NCBI GenBank assembly: GCA_012295275.1 | Contig: CM022675.1 | Location: 2,976,001 to 3,040,000 of the forward strand | DNA length: 64,000 nucleotides | Source of the DNA: Chrysomallon squamiferum | Lineage: Eukaryota; Animalia; Mollusca | Direction: 5' to 3' | Program-made: the position numbers and the translations under genes | Shown: in pieces, positions 57,644 through 64,000 of the stretch | How the letters are laid out: every line of letters starts with the position of its first letter | Position numbering within the stretch: position 1 is the first letter of the stretch | Notes under the pieces: generated by a model | The model's input: the letters and a program-made list of their open reading frames with translations, nothing else | Database searches by the model: none | Told to the model about the DNA's origin: nothing

Positions 57644-58352
57644 ATGGCTGAACTATGGATTACAACTCGTCTGCTTCTTACAATTTTCTGCGGGATTTTA
57701 TGTCAGTTGTTTTCTGCGTCAGGTAAAATATTTTAATTACAATTGAAATAATTTTATTTTTATTTTCCTATTTTTGTGTTTGTAATAATCGTTTAAAAAG
57801 TAGTGAGACTTTCTGGTTATTTTTAATAATTTACGAATATTTTCCAAGTATATTATTAGTATTTTTAAATTTAATTTATATATTTAGATCTCTGACCCAC
57901 AAAAACACTAATTTCTGAGAGAGAAAGAAAAAGCGAGAGAGATATTTTAATTTTATAGTTTGTTTTATAAGTAAATATATTCCGTTTCATTACAGCTACT
58001 CTGCATGTATTAAATAACGTCACATGAGATACAGCGTTTTATACATGTCATCAACATGGAGAACAACTGTACAGTACGTCAGATATTACATCACTGAATG
58101 ATGTCACAGCTGGATCTTACTGGATTGGAGCTAAAGTTCAGTACAGTTTATGGATGTGGACAGGTGAAGTAAACATTCATTAGTTAACTTTACTGAGCAG
58201 TTATGATATATACGATATATATGTGTGTGTGTGTGTGTGTTTTCTTTTGTTGTTGTTTTGATATCTTTTTTTGTTGTTGCGGTCTTGTGTTTTTCTTTCT
58301 TTTTGAATTAATTTTACATTGCTTTTTTTATATAAAGATTGTGTTGTTGTTG

Positions 58353-58395
<43 letters not shown>

Positions 58396-58563
58396 CATCA
58401 TCATTGTTATCATTGTTTTTATTATTATTATAACTATAATTATCATCATTATTATTATTATTATCATTATTATTATCACTATTATCTTCATCATCATCAT
58501 TATTATTATTATCATTATTAGTAGTAGTATTATAGTAATAGTGGTTGCTGAATTTTTAAACTG

Positions 58564-58602
<39 letters not shown>

Positions 58603-61600
58603 TGTTGGTATGGTTATTGAAAGTCCAACGAACAAAGCAGGCATCAGAAATAAAATGCATTTAATTATTGTAATATACTTGTGCGTGCATGTCCAAGTGT
58701 ATGTCTGTGTATGTTTGCGTCTGAGTGTATCCGTGGGTATGTGTCCCGATGCGTTAGTGAGTGTGTGTGTGTGTGCGTGCGTTCGTGTATGTGTGTCGGA
58801 CTACATATATACTTAATCAAAAAAGGTTTAGCACTAGAATTCATGCTTAAGCTGTGCGTAACCGTCTCCATGCTGCTGTATTACAAGCACGTTGTAGTTG
58901 TTACCCTGACAGCGCGTCACATTCAGGAACGTCTGAGATGGGCCACAATACACCAACACTGGCGTCGCAGACTGGGATCAGACATCAGTTTGTGGATGGT
59001 AGACGTGATGTATGAAGGCGACGGACAGAAAGATATGATGCAGACAACGTCATCAGCATGACCGATATGGCGGTGGCGACATCATGGTCTGGGCCACCAT
59101 TCATGGTGGAGGTAAAACAAATGTCGTTTTTATTCATGGAAAATGACTGCTCAACGTTACTGCGACGATATCATTACATCAGTGGTCTCCATTCCTGCAC
59201 CAGCATCTTGGCTTTCTGTTTCAAAATGACAACATTAGACCATACACCGCTAGGCTAACCACTAATCTTCTTGAGCGGAACCACATCCAAGTTCAACTCA
59301 CCACCAAAGTCCCCAGACTTGTCCCCAGCTGAGCATGCATGGAACGTACTGGGCTGTAGGGTACGCGAAAACCATCCTCATATCCTTAACGTCCATGACT
59401 TTCAAATTGCTCTGAACCGAGAATAAAACGCAGTTACTGTTCCTGAGGTTGATGCTCTCATTAGAAGCATCAGACGACGATGTACTGCTGTCATCGATGC
59501 CGCTGGTGCACACACACATTATTGAGCCTCTCTCGCCATTTTGGTTAACTCCTTTTCATTAAAGTAACCACGTTGACAACGTGACAACGTGTTACTGCTG
59601 GCTACATTCTAAATGCTGTATCAGTGAAATAATGTATACAAATAAATTCAACATCCAATCACTTTGTCTGTATTTCATATCATGTACGTAACTGCTAAAC
59701 CTCTTTTGGCACAGTGTATAAAACCATTGCTTACATTGTAAAATTGATTATATTAAACAAATCAAGTTTGTTTTACAGCGGATAACACACCACTGTTTGA
59801 TTACGTTGGAGAAGTGAACGAATTGAAATCTTTAGAGTTTTATCAAATCAAATACGACAACCAGGCAAGCCGATGTTACTACAAATGTCAAGAAAACAAA
59901 ACTACTGCAAGTGTAGTATTTTATGTTGGATTGCAGGTTGGTAACAGATTAAATAAATATTTGCATACGCAAAGACACAGAGATGTATACATACTTACAT
60001 ACATACATATATAAATATATGTACACATGCATGCAAACAAAAATGCATACACCCAGCTACATATATGTGCTCAGACATATATTTATGCAGACAGACAGAC
60101 AGGTTGACACTTTAAAATATTGGTCTGAAAGTGGTAAGAAAGTTTTCTTAGTTTAACACGTGTTATATTTATCATTTTGAATTTTTGTATTAAAGGGAGA
60201 GAAGTGTTACTGTTTTATCTCGACGAGCTGGTTTCCAGTTCCGCATGAAATTGTTCAACGAGAAAATAAAACTGGTTGTTTAGAAAACTTCAAAGAAAAC
60301 TGTGGGACTGAAAATACAATAAGTATTTATAAAACAGGTAAAATTTTGTTCAAGAGTGCAGACTTTTTTACATTCATGTCTATCTCTGATACTGTAGGCA
60401 ATCTTGAATCTTTATTTATTTAATTCATTATTTATTTCATTATTTCATTATTTATTTATCCTTTTCATTTCATTTAATTTCATTTATTTATTATCTTTAT
60501 TGTATGTTTTTCCTTTTATATTTATATATTTTAATTTTTAATTTTTTTTACTTATTTCATTTTATTTATTTATTTACAGATTTGACAATCAGGTATGTTA
60601 CGTGGTTACTTGATGTTGATGGTGTTTGTGGCTACATTGAACAAAGTGGAAATATGTTTGTGAAAACAGATAAAAACTGTAACACACAGAGAGGATTTGT
60701 CTGTGACTGTGAGTGAATATTTCTGTTTCAGTATTGTTATTTTTGTAAGTTGTAAAAGAGAACACAAAGACAGTAATGAAATTTTACAATTTTTTTTCTC
60801 CATTATTCACTATAATTATAAAGCTCATTTAGAAGATATATATATATATATAAAACTATTTTATTCCTGTACTGGACTTCGTCATCAAAATCATCATCAT
60901 CATCATTCCAGGTTCACTTTTATGGACAGACATGTACTTCTAATACTTCTGTCTTTGTCTTCAGAATTCCAAAATCATACAATGTGTGGTACTTTTGGAA
61001 TGGTGTAGCTTTTAGTTTATTTACTTTATTATTATTATTAATTTGTTTGTTTGTAATAGTCATTTGTTTTAATTTTGTTATTGCATTGTAGGTACTGGAA
61101 CTTACAACAATACTTCATGTTACCATCATGACAAAACTCACAGCTGGTTTTCAGCTAACTCAACTTGCTCATTAACAAAACTAAATAAAAACAATACTGA
61201 ACTAATAAGAAGAGAATTAAATGGTGGAGTACAGTACTGGATTGGACTAAAACGTGACAAACAAATAGTTTGGTTTGACAGTTTTTACAGTGAGTTATTG
61301 TAAAACTGATTCACTTTTAAATCAAAAACCTTTCTTAATTTTTATTTATGTTCTCATTCGGGTGATTTACGTTTTTATTTCAATTATTATTATTAGTGTT
61401 ATTATTGTTGTTGTTGTTATTGTTATTAAATGTGGCTGTTTATTTATTTACTGACTTACTAACTTACTTATTTACGATTTTTAGCGAATTTTAAAAGTAT
61501 TTTTCTTTTTATTTGTTGAATTATATAAACAAAAAAAAGATATATTGAATTTCAGATGAAACACTGAATATAAACATGACACAAAATGGTTGTGTATTGC

Positions 61601-61933
61601 TGGACAAATTTCCAGATGGGAAAACTTCATTTTCAATCAGTAACTGTAGTGATGTCCACTCTGCCATTTGTATTCGTAGTAAGTATTATTATTATTATTT
61701 TTTTTTTCTCCACACAGGATATAAATATATGTTCTTGGCATCATCTTCATTACCACTCTAATTCATAATCTGGTAAATTTATTTATTTAATATGTCAGTT
61801 TATTCCATACCACCTTATTTTCAAATCAGATTAGCATTGTTCATTAAGATAAATTGTGAATGCATATATGAAATTAATTTAAATGTTTTCTAACAAGAAT
61901 ATTTTATTGTGACTGACAAAATAAATAAATAAG

Positions 61934-61964
<31 letters not shown>

Positions 61965-63696
61965 ATTAAAAATTAAATTAAATTAAAAAACAGATTTGTT
62001 TAGATCATTTATTAATCCATTCATTCATTCATTCATTCTGAAATATTTTGAAAATAAATTAAGTCAAATGTAAAATGTTAAAATTTACTTTTCAGATAAG
62101 ACTAAACATATTACAAATATTTCTATTATTATTATTTGTGCCAAATTTGAAAATAATTTTGCTTTGACCAAACAATCTTCGTATACCTATCCTGTCTGGG
62201 AAAATAAATATAAACAATCTGTTGATAGGGTAATTCTGGATACCTAACATAAATAGTTAAATTGTGTGTCCAGTACATGGCTTAAAACTTAACAGAACAA
62301 GAAAACTGAGTTTTAAATATATTACGTACAGATATTAACACAAGACAAATACACAAAAAAAACAGTACAGCCTTTTGAGGACAGAACTATATTTCTATTA
62401 ATAAATTACTTATTTTACACACAAACAAACATTTGTGTAGTGTTCAGAGTTACTCCTTTACAGTTTAATTACAGGTTCAGATCTTAAAAGACCATTCTAA
62501 AATGAGTTTTCATTTACAAAATAAATAAATAGTTTCTATTTGACATTTAGTTTTGAGTTATTATTTTTGTTATTGACATTTACAAGCATCAGTTGTAACA
62601 ATTTAACTTTTCATAGCAAATTATTACTTCATTAGTAAATGTTTTAAAGTAAATTGACACAGATTCACCTATCACTATAATAATATAAATATAATTCATT
62701 GATATGTACTTCACACTGGTAGACATTTTAGAGATGGCTGGATTACATGTGTGATTTTATTGACTGATGCTGCTTTGTGATTTTAGCCTTACTCAGCTAT
62801 TTATGTATTGTTGATTTATAATTGTTCTTTTGTAGTCAGAATTGTTTTCATGTTGCTTGACTGTTTATATTTTACAGGTTTCACTTTCCACACTTCCACT
62901 CTGACTGACAAATTTACAACTCAGACAGGTTTGTGAATCTGAAATAATGTTGTTTGTTTGCTTGTTTCTTTATTTATTTGCTAGTTTATTATTAATTTAT
63001 TTGTTTATTTGTTTGTGTATTTATTAGTCTTTTTGTTGGTTTGTCTGTCTGTTTTTATTTATTTATTTGATGTTTATGTGGCTTTTTATTAAACAACAAC
63101 ATTAACTACATATATATATATATAAATTGTTAGACAGTAAAAGCAGTTTTTGTCTTGTTTATGTTCAAAACTTTTGTTTTACGTGTTTTATAGATTTTTC
63201 ATCAACTCAACTTCTGATCACCTCCGAAACAACAGTTAATTCAGGTAAAATGTAAATAATCTGAATATCTATGTGATAAAATTTGGGTTGATAATTTCGC
63301 AATTAATTAATTAATTTTTATAATTATTTTTAATATTTGTTTATTTGTTTGTTTATTTTTTTGTTTGTTTGTTTATTGATTTATTTTTATTGTTTTTATT
63401 TCATTTATTGTTTTTTTACCAGTAGATATTTTTCAGATTATAAGATAATTTTTTTCTTTGATGTAAATTAGATATAACCATTTTGTTACAGATCAAAGTC
63501 CAACTGGAAGCACAAAAAAGGTTTTAAGTAAAACAAAATCATCAAAATCAGGTAACTTTGTGAATGTATCATTGTTACATTTAATGTTATTATTTCATGG
63601 TGAAAATTAAAAAAAATTATATATCATTATATGTATGTATAAATAGTTAACATGACCAATACTTATGTATACAAACACTCTACTTACACACAGACA

Positions 63697-63739
<43 letters not shown>

Positions 63740-64000
63740 TAAACAGAGCTTGTATAGAAGTATTTCTCATTATAACCAGTGAATACAAAAATCACAAATT
63801 GTTTATCAAAAATGTCTGTAGTGTTCACTTTTTTTTCCTTGGAAACATGGAGGTTAGCAAACATTTGTTATTAATGGATAATACTTGATTTTATTTTTGA
63901 TGCATTTTATAAATTTATATTTATGCAGATGTTGCTGTTGGTGTTTCAGTAACTGTGGTTATACTTTTAGTAGCATGTGCAATTGTTGCTCTTGTTTATA
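57644..64000 (+). pseudogene. Gene E: CTLD/WSC/CTLD receptor, short-tail TM type, premature stop in exon 2; runs off the window
   Basis: Exons 57644-57722, 57996-58163 (TGA at 58025 replacing the conserved W of VTWD), 59779-59936, 60196-60337, 60580-60708, 61092-61289, 61556-61678, 62878-62928, 63194-63244, 63492-63551, TM 63929->64000 (DVAVGVSVTVVILLVACAIVALVY). All other exons are open. Confidence 0.82.
58812..59716 (+). mobile_element. Degenerate Tc1/mariner element in intron 2 of gene E
   Basis: TIR remnants caaaaaaggtttagca and tgctaaacctcttttggcacagtg-ta. Transposase relics LTARHIQERLRWA, DRYGGGDIMVWATI, FQNDNIRPYTA, SPDLSPAEHAW, LIRSIRRRCTAVIDAAGAHTHY*, with frameshifts. Confidence 0.88.

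Noticed and set aside
55756-58871. Numerous short ORFs rich in I/Y/C/V/H/T
   Set aside because: They are products of (CA)n, (TA)n and (ATT)n microsatellites. The same applies to similar ORFs throughout the window.

Overview
This is AT-rich, microsatellite-laden animal genomic DNA with spliceosomal introns, probably a lophotrochozoan or mollusc (inferred, not proven). A 200-N scaffold gap lies at 13538-13737. Left of the gap are a 41-bp satellite array that runs into a decayed Ty3/Gypsy element, an intronless divergent Frizzled-9/10 gene (minus strand) and several minisatellites. Right of the gap is a tandem cluster of multi-exon type-I membrane receptor genes in alternating orientation, which the ORF track shows only as fragments: A(-), B(+), fragment F(-), C(+), D(-), E(+). 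Splicing them by hand on GT/AG boundaries gives this architecture: signal peptide, a C-type-lectin-like domain (CTLD) with a WSC domain inserted inside it, a second CTLD, Ser/Thr stalk micro-exons, a TM helix and a tyrosine-motif cytoplasmic tail. B (579 aa) and C (480 aa) have intact reading frames, while A, D, E and F carry stops, frameshifts or lost splice sites. The copies are mosaics: the same ectodomain type occurs with either a long 13-Tyr tail or a short 3-Tyr tail, resembling a paired immune-receptor family evolving by exon shuffling and gene conversion. The cluster also contains a SELENOO pseudogene fragment, two Tc1/mariner relics, MITEs and a tRNA-derived SINE.
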